64,000 nt of DNA, taken from contig CAZWXK010000008.1 of NCBI GenBank assembly GCA_964637875.1, positions 4,222 through 68,221 of the forward strand, in the 5' to 3' direction. The number at the start of each line of letters is the position of its first letter. Positions within the stretch are counted from its first letter, which is position 1. The notes under the pieces were generated by a model that searched no databases, was not told the origin of the DNA, and saw nothing but the letters and a program-made list of their open reading frames with translations. Made by a program: the position numbers and the translations under genes. The DNA comes from an uncultured Rhodobacter sp. (GTDB taxonomy: Bacteria; Pseudomonadota; Alphaproteobacteria; Rhodobacterales; Rhodobacteraceae). This document shows positions 28,681 through 38,748 of the stretch, in pieces.

Positions 28681-29898
28681 ATGATTGCCTCGCTTGCATG
28701 GCGAAACATCTGGCGACAGCCGACCCGCACCGGCCTCAGCCTGACGGGAATGGCATTTGCCTCGATGCTGCTGGTTTTCATGCTGTCGTTTCAGTTCGGC
28801 TCGTATGATTCGATGAAGGCGAACATTTTGCGGATCATCGACGGCTATGGCCAGATTCAGCCGCCCGGATACAAGGACGACCCGGAAATCACCAAGGTCA
28901 TTGGCGACCCCTCGGGCCTGATTGCCGAGCTGGAGTCACTTCCGCAGGTCACCACCGCCAGCGCGCGGGCCAATGGCTATGTCCTGCTGGCCAATGGCGA
29001 GCGCAGCTTTGCGGCCGCCGTCGCGGGGGTCGATCCGGCCCGAGAGGTGCATATCACGCGGATTGCCAGCCTGATCAAACAGGGCCGCCCCCTGAGGGCA
29101 GATGATGACGCTGCAATCGTGCTGGGCGAGGCGCTTGCGCGGAACCTGCGGCTGAAGGTGGGTGACCGGGTGACCTTGCTGGGAACGGCGATGGATGGAT
29201 CGGTTGCCGCCGACGTGCTGAAGGTCGTGGGCATTTTCCGCACCGGCATCACCGAGATCGATCGTCAGATCGCCCACATGCCACTGAATCGCTTTCGCGA
29301 GACTTTCGTCATGGATGGGGCCGTCAACGAGGTCGCCATCATCGGCCGGGACCTGCGCGACATCATCAATGCCGAGCCGCGCCTGCGGGCAATAGCCGCC
29401 CGCCACAATGCCGTCTATCTGAACTGGGGGCAGTTGCAGCCCGCGGTCAAGCAGGCGATCACACTGGACATGACCACGGCATCCCTGATGTATGGCACGC
29501 TGGTCATCGTGGTTGTATTCATCATCCTGAACACGTTGTACATGTCGGTTCTGGAACGCACCCGTGAATTCGGGGTGCTTCTGGCCGTCGGCATGAAGCC
29601 GGGGCAGATCGGGCGGATGGTCTGGATGGAGATCATCTTTCTTTCCCTGGTCGGCACCGGAATCGGCATTGTCCTTGGCATGGCGCTTGCCTGGTATTTC
29701 GGACGCATCGGCATCACCTTCGAGGGGATGCAGGAGATTTTCTCGCAATGGGGCTTGCCGCCGCGCATCTATCCACGGATGACGCCGTTTCGGGTGCTGG
29801 CCGGCCCCGGTGCAATCATTCTGCTGATTGCGCTTTTGGGGATCATCCCCTATCGGCGGGTGCTTGGGCTGGAGCCGGTAAAGGCGATGAACGCATGA
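28681..29898 (+). CDS. FtsX/MacB-type ABC transporter permease (LolC/E-like) 1
   Basis: TM1, then a periplasmic domain of about 220 aa, then three C-terminal TM helices (FtsX fold). It starts 3 nt after the upstream gene. Confidence 0.8.
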   Translation: MIASLAWRNIWRQPTRTGLSLTGMAFASMLLVFMLSFQFGSYDSMKANILRIIDGYGQIQPPGYKDDPEITKVIGDPSGLIAELESLPQVTTASARANGYVLLANGERSFAAAVAGVDPAREVHITRIASLIKQGRPLRADDDAAIVLGEALARNLRLKVGDRVTLLGTAMDGSVAADVLKVVGIFRTGITEIDRQIAHMPLNRFRETFVMDGAVNEVAIIGRDLRDIINAEPRLRAIAARHNAVYLNWGQLQPAVKQAITLDMTTASLMYGTLVIVVVFIILNTLYMSVLERTREFGVLLAVGMKPGQIGRMVWMEIIFLSLVGTGIGIVLGMALAWYFGRIGITFEGMQEIFSQWGLPPRIYPRMTPFRVLAGPGAIILLIALLGIIPYRRVLGLEPVKAMNA

Positions 29899-31124
29899 TC
29901 AGCACGTTGCGCATATTTGCCCCTCTGGCGTGGCGCAATCTGTGGCGTAATCCGCGCCGCACGCTGATTACGTTGATCGTGGTATCGGTTGGTCTGTGGT
30001 CGGTGCTGGCCTTCAATTCCTTTCTCAACGCCTGGACGCAGGCCAGCAAGGACACCACCCTTCAACTGTTGCTCGGGCAAGGGCAGATTCATGCCGCAGG
30101 CTACATGGATGATCCGGGGGTGGAAAAGCTCATGCCCCCGCCCGACCCCGCCCTGCGCGCCGCGCTGGATGACCCGCGCATAGCATCATGGGCGATGCGG
30201 CTGGTCGTGCCCGCCGTCGTGCAGAGCGAATACAAGACCCTTCCGGTCATGATCGTCGGGGTCGATCCGAAATCCGAACGCAGGGTCTCGTCGATCCCGG
30301 GCAAGGTTGTCGCCGGACGATACCTGTCCGGAGTGGGCGACGACGGTGTGGTGATCGGCCAGCATCTGGCAGATCGCCTGAAAACGGGGCTTGGCCGACG
30401 GGTGATTCTGATGTCGCAGGGTAGCGACGGCAAGCTCGCCGAGCAGAGCTTTGACGTTGTCGGCCTGTATGATGCCGACCAGCAGACCGAGGATTACTAT
30501 GTCTTCACCGGTCGCAAGGCCGAGCAGGCCTTTCTGGGCCTGAGCGGACAGATCGCCGAGATCGTGTTCACCATCCCGAACGAGGCCGATCTGGAGCCGG
30601 TCATTGCCAGCCTGCGGAAAGCGGCGCCAGGGCTGGATGTGCGGTCATGGAAAAGGTTGTCCCCGTTTCTGGCCGCAACCGATGCCTTCATGGGCGGTTT
30701 CATCTATATCTGGCTGGCGGTCGTGTTCACGCTGATGGCCATCGGCATCGTCAATACCCAGTTGATGGCCGTTTTCGAGCGCACCCATGAATTCGGCCTG
30801 TTGCAGGCGCTGGGCATGAAGCCACGGCTGATTCTGGTCATGGTGACAATGGAATCCACGCTGCTGATCGGCCTTGGCGTGGCTCTGGGCGCCGTCATCG
30901 CGGCTGCAACGATCTGGGCCACGGCCGACGGGATCGACCTGTCAGCCTTTGCCAAGGGGCTGGAACTGGTGCAGGGCGGGCAGATTCTGTTTCCTGAATT
31001 CGATGGTCGCAGCTTTGTCCTGTTTTCGCTGGCGATCTGGTTTCTCGGAATCATCGTGGCATTGTGGCCGGCATGGCGCGCATCACGCGCCAGCCCGGTC
31101 GAAGCCATGCGGCAGACGACCTAG
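29895..31124 (+). CDS. FtsX/MacB-type ABC transporter permease (LolC/E-like) 2
   Basis: Paralogous architecture to permease 1 (LAWRNLWRNPRRT..., C-terminal FtsX helices). ATGA overlap with permease 1. Confidence 0.8.
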   Translation: MISTLRIFAPLAWRNLWRNPRRTLITLIVVSVGLWSVLAFNSFLNAWTQASKDTTLQLLLGQGQIHAAGYMDDPGVEKLMPPPDPALRAALDDPRIASWAMRLVVPAVVQSEYKTLPVMIVGVDPKSERRVSSIPGKVVAGRYLSGVGDDGVVIGQHLADRLKTGLGRRVILMSQGSDGKLAEQSFDVVGLYDADQQTEDYYVFTGRKAEQAFLGLSGQIAEIVFTIPNEADLEPVIASLRKAAPGLDVRSWKRLSPFLAATDAFMGGFIYIWLAVVFTLMAIGIVNTQLMAVFERTHEFGLLQALGMKPRLILVMVTMESTLLIGLGVALGAVIAAATIWATADGIDLSAFAKGLELVQGGQILFPEFDGRSFVLFSLAIWFLGIIVALWPAWRASRASPVEAMRQTT

Positions 31125-31138
31125 AAAGGATGCGGACG

Positions 31139-31831
31139 ATGACTGAACCGATCGTGAGTTGCCGGGCTGTCAACAAGATTTTCGGAAGCGGCGAGTTGCA
31201 GGTCCATGCCCTGCGCGATGTCGATCTGGATATCATGCCCGGGGATTTCGCGACACTTGCAGGGCCCAGCGGGTCAGGCAAGACCACCCTGCTGAACATG
31301 ATCGGGGCACTCGACACGCCAACCAGTGGCGAGGTGGTGATCGACGGTCGGTCGCTCGACGGGCTGGGAAAATCGGAATTGTCGGATCTGCGTCTGAACA
31401 AGGTTGGTTTTGTCTTTCAGGCCTACAATCTGGTCCCGGTATTGTCGGCCCGCGAGAATATCGAATTTGTCCTTGAGCTTCATGGCATGCCGGCGGCCGA
31501 GCGGCGCAAACGGGCGCGTGACATCCTGCGCGAGGTTGGCCTCGAAGGGCTGGAGAATCGTCGCCCGGCCCAGCTCTCGGGTGGGCAGCAGCAGAGGGTT
31601 GCGGTGGCCCGCGCTCTGGTTGCGCGCCCCAGTATCGTTCTGGCAGACGAGCCGACGGCCAATCTGGATTCGAAAACAACGGAAGAGCTGGTTCAACTGA
31701 TGTATCGTCTGAATCGCGAGTTCGGGACGACATTCGTGATCGGCACCCATGATCCGCGGGTCATGGAGCACAGCAAACGTCATATCGAGTTGCTGGACGG
31801 AAGGATCGCAAGCGATGTACGCGGGACGTGA
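31139..31831 (+). CDS. ABC transporter ATP-binding protein (LolD/MacB-NBD-like)
   Basis: Walker [10 protein letters not shown], signature LSGGQQQRV and Walker [15 protein letters not shown] lies 8 nt before the ATG. Confidence 0.9.
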   Translation: MTEPIVSCRAVNKIFGSGELQVHALRDVDLDIMPGDFATLAGPSGSGKTTLLNMIGALDTPTSGEVVIDGRSLDGLGKSELSDLRLNKVGFVFQAYNLVPVLSARENIEFVLELHGMPAAERRKRARDILREVGLEGLENRRPAQLSGGQQQRVAVARALVARPSIVLADEPTANLDSKTTEELVQLMYRLNREFGTTFVIGTHDPRVMEHSKRHIELLDGRIASDVRGT

Positions 31832-33095
31832 ACGCAACCTTCCTGCCGCGGTATCGCGGTATTGGCGGCAGGGGATGCTGGCGGCACTGCTGGCGATGGC
31901 CCTCATGCCCGGTCATGCGGTGGCTCAGGGGATCCGGCTGCGGACGGAATTTTCATCCAGCCGGGCCTGGGCGGATACAGCCAGCCTGGATGCCGCGCTG
32001 GGCTTTGCCTCGCGCCAGACGGCCGGCGCCGGCGCCAGGCTGATTTACGAAAAAACCCTTGGCGATGTCAGGATCGAGTTTCAGGGCGTCCTCACCGCGT
32101 ATAGCGGCGATGACATAGCCTATCGCGCGGCCCTGGCCGCCCGCTTTCCTCCTGCTCCGCCGACGACGCTGTTCGATCTGGGCCAGATCTGGCAGCACGA
32201 TGCGACGACACGGATCGAAGGGGTGATCGATCGTCTGTCATTCGCCTGGGTCACGCCCCATCTGGTGCTGAAGATCGGCCGACAGGCGATCACCTGGGGC
32301 AGTGGAATAGTCTTTCATCCCGCCGACATCGTGGCGCCTTTTCCTCCCAATGCGGTGGATACCAGCTACAAGCCGGGCGCGGACATGGTCTATGGCCAGT
32401 ATCTGTTTGACAGCGGCGCCGATGTTCAGGCCATCGCCCTGCCACGCCCACTGGTGCCGGGTGGTCCGGTTGCCTTTGGCAATTCGACCTATGCCGTACG
32501 GGGAAAGACCTCGATCGGGGCGCTGGATCTGTCGGCAATGTTTGCCCGTGATCGTGGCGACAGTGTTGCAAGCATGGGACTGGCGGGCGCATTGGGCGGG
32601 GCCAGCTGGAATGCGCAATATGTCGGATGGAAACTGGCCAGCGGCGCCGAGCGGCCCAGCTGGCTGATCAACATCTCAAGTTTCGGCACCCTGGCCGGGC
32701 GTAACATGTCGTGGTTTGCCGAAATCTATCACAACGGTTTCGGCGTCGGGTCCGGGGTGCCGCTTTCGCTGTTGCCGCCCGAGCTGTCGAAGCGGACCGC
32801 AACAGGGCAGGTTTTCGTTCTGGGCCGTGATTTCCTGGCCCTGGGGGGGCGGGTCGAGCTTGGCCCCGATATCTCGGTATCCCCTGCTGCGCTGGTCAGC
32901 CTGAGTGATGGCAGCGCGTTGCTCAGCCTGCGCGCCGATTATTCACTGGGCGACAATACCGATATCCTGCTTGGCTATGATCGCCCCCTTGGCCGAAACG
33001 GGACCGAGTTCGGTGGGCGGGAAACGACGCCCGGTTCAGGGATTTATGCACGGCCGGCTGCGCGGATGATGCTGAAACTTGTGCGTTATTTCTGA
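31815..33095 (+). CDS. Predicted outer-membrane beta-barrel protein (DUF1302/alginate-export-like)
   Basis: Signal peptide ending MPGHAVAQ, alternating-hydrophobic strands, a GRQAITWG motif and a C-terminal ...KLVRYF (terminal aromatic residue typical of BAM substrates). It overlaps the ATPase stop by 17 nt. Confidence 0.6.
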   Translation: MYAGRERNLPAAVSRYWRQGMLAALLAMALMPGHAVAQGIRLRTEFSSSRAWADTASLDAALGFASRQTAGAGARLIYEKTLGDVRIEFQGVLTAYSGDDIAYRAALAARFPPAPPTTLFDLGQIWQHDATTRIEGVIDRLSFAWVTPHLVLKIGRQAITWGSGIVFHPADIVAPFPPNAVDTSYKPGADMVYGQYLFDSGADVQAIALPRPLVPGGPVAFGNSTYAVRGKTSIGALDLSAMFARDRGDSVASMGLAGALGGASWNAQYVGWKLASGAERPSWLINISSFGTLAGRNMSWFAEIYHNGFGVGSGVPLSLLPPELSKRTATGQVFVLGRDFLALGGRVELGPDISVSPAALVSLSDGSALLSLRADYSLGDNTDILLGYDRPLGRNGTEFGGRETTPGSGIYARPAARMMLKLVRYF

Positions 33096-33160
33096 AGGCC
33101 TTTTTCGGTGCCGGTCTGCATGTTATCCTGCTTCTTGGGCAGCAGTGACGGTGTTGACAG

Positions 33161-33472
33161 ATGAGAACCGCGATCTTTTCCAGCCTTGTTCTGGTCACAA
33201 TGGCAGGTTCGGCGCCTGCCAGCGACCTGATCCGCAAGGCCTGCCTGAAATCTGCCCGCCCGGCTGTTACCGCCAGGCTGTGTACCTGCATCCAGCGGGT
33301 CGCGGATCAACGGCTCGAACGAGGTGAACAACGCCTGGCCGCCAGTTTTTTTCTCAACCCGCAAAAGGCACAGCGAATTCGCCAGTCGGCCAATGCACGC
33401 AATGCGGTGTTCTGGCAACGCTATCGGCAGTGGGGTGATGCTGCGGAAAAGGCCTGTGGCGATCGGAAATGA
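33161..33472 (+). CDS. Hypothetical small secreted Cys-containing protein
   Basis: Signal peptide MRTAIFSSLVLVTMAGSAPA. It has four Cys residues. There is no recognisable family and the SD is weak. Confidence 0.45.
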   Translation: MRTAIFSSLVLVTMAGSAPASDLIRKACLKSARPAVTARLCTCIQRVADQRLERGEQRLAASFFLNPQKAQRIRQSANARNAVFWQRYRQWGDAAEKACGDRK

Positions 33473-33517
33473 TGGCGGATCCGCGCATGGCAGGTTACAG
33501 GCCGGACGGAGCCGTGG

Positions 33518-33563
33518 CCAGACGAAAAACGGCCCTGCGGCCAGACGAAAAACGGCCCTGCGC
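33518..33563. repeat. Tandem 2 x 23-bp duplication CCAGACGAAAAACGGCCCTGCG(G/C)
   Basis: Read directly from the sequence. It duplicates the 3' arm and U-tract of the rpmB terminator. Confidence 0.85.
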
Positions 33564-33582
33564 CGATGGGGACGGGGCCGTT
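33546..33582 (-). terminator. Rho-independent terminator of rpmB
   Basis: Minus strand reads ACGGCCCC-(14 nt)-AGGGCCGU followed by UUUUU. Confidence 0.7.
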
Positions 33583-33604
33583 GACATGTTTCGGCGGGGT
33601 GCGA

Positions 33605-33895
33605 TCAGGCGGCTGCGGTCTGCGCCTTGAGGATTTCCTTTTTCACCTTCAGCGCCTTTTCGGACAGCTCGCTGTCTTTTGCCTTGGCAAGAAAGGCATC
33701 CAGCCCGCCACGATGATCGATCGTGCGCAGCGCAGCAGCCGAGATACGGAACCTGAACGATCGGCCCAGCACATCCGACTGAAGGGTGACTTCGTTCAGG
33801 TTCGGCAGAAAGCGGCGCTTGTTCTTGTTGTTGGCGTGGCTGACATTGTTGCCAACCATCACGCCCTTACCAGTCAGTTCACAACGGCGAGACAT
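33605..33895 (-). CDS. rpmB: 50S ribosomal protein L28
   Basis: [33 protein letters not shown] is canonical L28. Confidence 0.95.
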   Translation of the reverse strand: MSRRCELTGKGVMVGNNVSHANNKNKRRFLPNLNEVTLQSDVLGRSFRFRISAAALRTIDHRGGLDAFLAKAKDSELSEKALKVKKEILKAQTAAA

Positions 33896-34114
33896 GTTCA
33901 GGGTCCTTGGGTTACGGCTTGCGGTTGCGCCGCGCGCGCGGCACAGCGGAAATTCGAGACGCCTCTTTAGGGGCATGCGCGCTCGGCGTCAAGGGATTCG
34001 CGCCGCCCGCCCTGCAATACCGCTGCATAGTGCGGGCAGGGCTGGAAAATGCCGAGTGGATTCCCCGTTGGCCACCCTTTATAGCATTGCCAGGACAAAG
34101 CACAGGAAAAGATC

Positions 34115-35467
34115 ATGTCAGCCCACGGCACCCCGATTCCCATGACGTCACGCCGCGCCGCCCCCCTGAAAGGTGTGGCGCAGATCCCCGGCGACAAGTC
34201 GATCAGCCATCGTGCGCTGATTCTCGGCGCGCTCAGCGTCGGGGAAACCTGGATATCCGGCCTGCTGGAAGGCCAGGACGTGCTGGATACCGCCAGGGCC
34301 ATGGCTGCCTTCGGTGCCGAGGTCGAGCGTCTGGGTGATGGCGAGTGGCGCGTGCATGGCGTTGGTGTCGGTGGCTTTGCCGAACCAGAAGACGTGATCG
34401 ATTGCGGCAATGCGGGCACCGGCGTGCGGCTGATCATGGGGGCGATGGCCACGACGCCGATCAACGCAACTTTCACGGGTGATGCAAGCCTGCGTGCGCG
34501 CCCCATGGCCCGCATCACCGACCCGCTGGCACTGTTTGGCGCATGTGCCCATGGGCGCAGCGGCGGGCGGCTGCCGCTGACACTGGTCGGCGCGCAGGAT
34601 GCGGTGCCGGTGCGCTATGAAACCCCGGTTGCCTCGGCCCAGGTGAAATCGGCGGTGCTGCTGGCAGGGCTGAACGCGCCGGGGCAGACGGTGGTGATCG
34701 AAAGGACCCCGACGCGCGACCATACCGAACGGATGCTGGCGGGCTTTGGCGCCGAAATCACGACCGAGGTCACCGATCAAGGCCAGGTCATCACCTTGAC
34801 AGGCCAGCCGGAACTGACCGGGCAGACCATCGTCGTGCCGCGCGATCCCAGCTCGGCCGCGTTTCCGGTCTGCGCGGCCCTGATCGTGCCGGATTCGGAT
34901 GTGCTGGTGCCAGGGATCGGGCTGAACCCGACCCGCGCCGGCCTTTTCACCACCCTGCGCGAGATGGGCGCCGACCTGACCTATGAAAACGAGCGCATCG
35001 AGGGGGGCGAGCCGGTTGCCGATCTGCGCGCGCGGTTTTCGCCCGACCTCAGGGGCATCACCGTTCCGCCCGAACGCGCCGCCAGCATGATCGACGAATA
35101 TCCGATTCTCTCGGTTGTGGCCGCCTTTGCCCACGGCCAGACCGTCATGCGCGGCATTCACGAGCTGCGCGTCAAGGAATCCGACCGCATCAAGGCGATG
35201 GTCGAGGGGCTGCGCGCCAATGGGGTAAAGGTGGACGAGGAAGAAGACGGCATGATCGTGCATGGCCGCGGCCCCGATGGCGTGCCGGGTGGCGCAACTG
35301 TTGCAACCCATCTGGACCACCGTATCGCCATGTCGTTTTTGTGTCTTGGCATGGCGGCGCAAAAGGCGGTGTCGATCGACGATGGCGCGCCGGTTGCCAC
35401 CAGCTTTCCGGTGTTCGAGGGGCTGATGGCCGGTCTGGGTGCGCAGATTGTGCGCGCCAACAGTTAG
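34115..35467 (+). CDS. aroA: 3-phosphoshikimate 1-carboxyvinyltransferase (EPSP synthase)
   Basis: [25 protein letters not shown] and the C-terminal DHRIAMSF motif. Confidence 0.95.
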   Translation: MSAHGTPIPMTSRRAAPLKGVAQIPGDKSISHRALILGALSVGETWISGLLEGQDVLDTARAMAAFGAEVERLGDGEWRVHGVGVGGFAEPEDVIDCGNAGTGVRLIMGAMATTPINATFTGDASLRARPMARITDPLALFGACAHGRSGGRLPLTLVGAQDAVPVRYETPVASAQVKSAVLLAGLNAPGQTVVIERTPTRDHTERMLAGFGAEITTEVTDQGQVITLTGQPELTGQTIVVPRDPSSAAFPVCAALIVPDSDVLVPGIGLNPTRAGLFTTLREMGADLTYENERIEGGEPVADLRARFSPDLRGITVPPERAASMIDEYPILSVVAAFAHGQTVMRGIHELRVKESDRIKAMVEGLRANGVKVDEEEDGMIVHGRGPDGVPGGATVATHLDHRIAMSFLCLGMAAQKAVSIDDGAPVATSFPVFEGLMAGLGAQIVRANS

Positions 35468-35473
35468 GGGGAT

Positions 35474-35992
35474 ATGATGAAGCTGCTCTACTGGGCCGTT
35501 CTGGCGATCATGGCGGGGCTTTACGCCGTGCTGTTGCTGTCAACGGAACCGAGATTGGCCGCCTATACCGGGGGGCTGCCCTTGTTCGACCTGCGCCCGC
35601 TTGGTTATTCTCTGGCGGATGCGCGGGAATATCTGTCGGCGCTTTCGCGCGCCGGGCAAAGCTATTACCTGACGCGCTGGTTTGCGCTGGACATGACCTT
35701 TCTGATGTTTCTGACCGTTTCCTTCATGTCCACGCTATGGCAGCTCTACCGCCGTCCGGCACTGGCATGGCGGGTGGCGATCATCGTCCTGCCCCTGCTT
35801 TACGGCGGGCTTGATGCGGCTGAAAATTTCCGTGTGGCCATTCTGGTGTCGGGCGGCGTTGACGGGTTGACGCGGGCCAATGTCGCCGCCGCAAGTCTGA
35901 TGACACAGGGCAAGTTCGTTGTATTCTTCATCCTTGTCGCCATGGTCGCGGCCGGGATGGTCCGGCGGTTTCGCGCCAGGGCGGCGCGATGA
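35474..35992 (+). CDS. Hypothetical integral membrane protein
   Basis: Four to five predicted TM helices. ATGA overlap with the cmk start. No family recognised. Confidence 0.55.
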   Translation: MMKLLYWAVLAIMAGLYAVLLLSTEPRLAAYTGGLPLFDLRPLGYSLADAREYLSALSRAGQSYYLTRWFALDMTFLMFLTVSFMSTLWQLYRRPALAWRVAIIVLPLLYGGLDAAENFRVAILVSGGVDGLTRANVAAASLMTQGKFVVFFILVAMVAAGMVRRFRARAAR

Positions 35993-36609
35993 GGTTCACC
36001 GTTGCCATCGACGGCCCGGCAGCGGCGGGCAAGGGCACCATCGCGCGCGCCGTGGCCGATCACTTCGGCTTTGCCCATCTCGACACCGGCCTTTTGTATC
36101 GCGCCACGGGCCGCAAGGTTCTGGCGGGGATGGCTCCGGTCGAGGCGGCGCGCATCCTGACGCCCGACGACCTGAATGCCTCCGATCTGCGCAGCGCCGA
36201 GGTTGCCGCCGCTGCATCCAGGGTTGCCGCCATCCCCGAGGTCCGTGCGGCGCTGGTCGATTTCCAGCGCCGTTTTGCCCGGCGCGAGGGCGGCGCGGTG
36301 CTGGACGGGCGCGACATCGGCACCGTGATCTGCCCCGAGGCCGAGGCCAAGCTGTATGTCACAGCCTCGGACGAGGTGCGCGCACGCCGCCGTTATGACG
36401 AGCTGCGTGCCGCCGGCACCCGAACCACCCTTGACGAGGTGCTTGCCGACCTGCGCACCCGCGATGCCCGCGATGCCGGGCGCGATGTTGCGCCCATGCG
36501 CCCGGCTGATGATGCGCTCTTGCTAGATACGACGGATTTGTCTATAGACGCGGCTGTCGCCGAGGCGGTAGCGCATATAACAAAAAGAATCGGGCAGGGT
36601 CGGGATTAG
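35989..36609 (+). CDS. cmk: (d)CMP kinase
   Basis: [14 protein letters not shown]-loop. The aroA-cmk-rpsA order is conserved. Confidence 0.9.
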   Translation: MRFTVAIDGPAAAGKGTIARAVADHFGFAHLDTGLLYRATGRKVLAGMAPVEAARILTPDDLNASDLRSAEVAAAASRVAAIPEVRAALVDFQRRFARREGGAVLDGRDIGTVICPEAEAKLYVTASDEVRARRRYDELRAAGTRTTLDEVLADLRTRDARDAGRDVAPMRPADDALLLDTTDLSIDAAVAEAVAHITKRIGQGRD

Positions 36610-36726
36610 CACCGGCCCTCTTTGGTTCTTGCCTGTTCGGGCTCCCATCTCAGACCCAACCAACCGAAAGACCGGTGGACCCAACCACCTGGCCCGCAAA
36701 ACGAACTGAAAAGGATATCTGTTTAC

Positions 36727-38412
36727 ATGTCAGCAAATGCGACAATGGAAGAATTCGAAAGCCTCCTGAACGAGAGCTTCGAGCTGGACACCCCCAAGGA
36801 GGGGAGCGTCGTCAAGGGCACTGTCATCGCCATCGAGAACGGACAGGCCATCATCGATATCGGCTACAAGATGGAAGGCCGTGTTGATCTCAAGGAATTT
36901 GCAAATCCCGGCGAGCCGCCCGAAATCGAGGTTGGCGATACCGTCGAGGTTTATCTTGAACGTGTCGAGAACGCCCGTGGCGAGGCCGTCATCAGCCGTG
37001 ACAAGGCCCGCCGTGAAGAGGCCTGGGACCGTCTTGAAAAGGCCGCCGCCAATGACGAACGCGTCGAAGGCGCGATCTTTGGCCGCGTCAAGGGCGGGTT
37101 CACCGTCGATCTGGGCGGTGCCGTGGCATTCCTGCCCGGCAGCCAGGTCGATGTGCGCCCGGTACGCGACGCCTCGGCCCTGATGGGCATCAAGCAGCCC
37201 TTCCAGATCCTGAAAATGGACCGTCGCCGTGGCAACATCGTCGTTTCCCGCCGTGCCATCCTGGAAGAAAGCCGCGCCGAGCAGCGCGCCGAGATCGTCG
37301 GCAAGCTGAACGAAGGCGACGTCGTGGAAGGTGTGGTCAAGAACATCACCGAATATGGTGCATTTGTCGATCTGGGCGGTGTTGACGGCCTTCTGCATGT
37401 CACCGACATGGCCTGGCGCCGGGTCAACCACCCGTCGGAAATCGTGTCGATCGGTGAAACCATCAAGGTGCAGATCGTCAAGATCAACAAGGAAACCTTG
37501 CGCATCAGCCTGGGTCTCAAGCAGCTGCAGGAAGACCCCTGGACCAATGTCGAGGAAAAATATGCGCTGGGCTCGGTCCACAAGGGCCGCGTGACCAACA
37601 TCACCGACTATGGCGCCTTCGTCGAGCTGGAGCCCGGCGTCGAGGGCCTCGTCCACGTTTCCGAAATGTCCTGGACCAAGAAGAACGTACATCCGGGCAA
37701 GATCGTTTCCACCTCGCAAGAGGTTGACGTGATGATCCTGGAGATCGACACCGCCAAGCGCCGTGTCAGCCTTGGCCTGAAACAGACCCAGGGCAACCCG
37801 TGGGAAAACTTCAAGAAGGCATTCCCCGTGGGCACCGAGGTCGAGGGCGAGGTCAAGAACATCACCGAATTCGGCCTGTTCATCGGGCTCGAAGGCGGCA
37901 TCGACGGCATGGTTCACCTGTCCGATCTGGACTGGAACCGTTCGGGCGAAGAAGCCATGGAAGATTATCGCAAGGGCGATATCGTCAAGGCCATGGTCAC
38001 CGATGTCGATGTCGAAAAAGAGCGCATCAGCCTGTCGATCAAGGCGCTGGAAGGCGACCCGTTTGCCGAGGCAACATCGGGCGTCAAGCGTGGCGATGTG
38101 GTGACCGTGACCGTCACCAAGATCGAGGATGGCGGCATCGAGGTCGAATATGACGGCATGAAAAGCTTTATCCGTCGCTCGGACCTGTCGCGCGACCGGT
38201 CGGAACAGCGTCCCGAGCGCTTTTCGGTTGGCGACAAGGTGGATGCCCGCGTCACCAATATCGACCGCAATTCGCGCCGTCTGGGCCTGTCGATCAAGGC
38301 CCGCGAGATCGCCGAGGAAAAAGAAGCCGTCAAGCAATACGGCTCGTCCGATTCAGGCGCCAGCCTGGGCGACATCCTTGGTGCCGCCCTCAAGGGCAAG
38401 GACAAGGAGTGA
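36727..38412 (+). CDS. rpsA: 30S ribosomal protein S1
   Basis: Six S1 repeats (for example GTVIAIENGQAIIDIGYK and GVVKNITEYGAFVDLGG). Confidence 0.95.
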   Translation: MSANATMEEFESLLNESFELDTPKEGSVVKGTVIAIENGQAIIDIGYKMEGRVDLKEFANPGEPPEIEVGDTVEVYLERVENARGEAVISRDKARREEAWDRLEKAAANDERVEGAIFGRVKGGFTVDLGGAVAFLPGSQVDVRPVRDASALMGIKQPFQILKMDRRRGNIVVSRRAILEESRAEQRAEIVGKLNEGDVVEGVVKNITEYGAFVDLGGVDGLLHVTDMAWRRVNHPSEIVSIGETIKVQIVKINKETLRISLGLKQLQEDPWTNVEEKYALGSVHKGRVTNITDYGAFVELEPGVEGLVHVSEMSWTKKNVHPGKIVSTSQEVDVMILEIDTAKRRVSLGLKQTQGNPWENFKKAFPVGTEVEGEVKNITEFGLFIGLEGGIDGMVHLSDLDWNRSGEEAMEDYRKGDIVKAMVTDVDVEKERISLSIKALEGDPFAEATSGVKRGDVVTVTVTKIEDGGIEVEYDGMKSFIRRSDLSRDRSEQRPERFSVGDKVDARVTNIDRNSRRLGLSIKAREIAEEKEAVKQYGSSDSGASLGDILGAALKGKDKE

Positions 38413-38445
38413 TTCGCGTCCCGGCATGAGGACTTCGATACCTTG

Positions 38446-38480
38446 CAAACGGCCCCCGTGGGGGCCGTTTGTGCGTTTGT
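38446..38480 (+). terminator. Rho-independent terminator of rpsA
   Basis: 11-bp stem CAAACGGCCCC-cgtg-GGGGCCGTTTG followed by TGCGTTTGT. Confidence 0.85.
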
Positions 38481-38748
38481 CAGGGTGGCCGGATGGCGCG
38501 AATCACCTGCAGGGTGGATGCACCGCGTTCGGGTTCGCCCCTGGTTCACGCCGTTCAAACCGGCAGTATGGGGGTGCACGAGTGAAAACGGATGGGCAAA
38601 CAGGGCGTTACCGTGGAATTTCCGTCGCCTCGGGGGGTGTGCTCTATTCCCTGACAGGCGATTTTCTGCCAAACTCGATACATAAGGTAGCGTTGGGTTT
38701 CCGCCCCGCCAAAAACGGCGGGTGGCGGGCGATTCGGAGGGCAAATGC

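Noticed and set aside
36730-38337. 535-aa minus-strand ORF covering rpsA
   Set aside because: It is the mirror frame of the highly conserved S1 gene, with a low-complexity D/G/A/L-rich translation. This is a typical antisense artefact.
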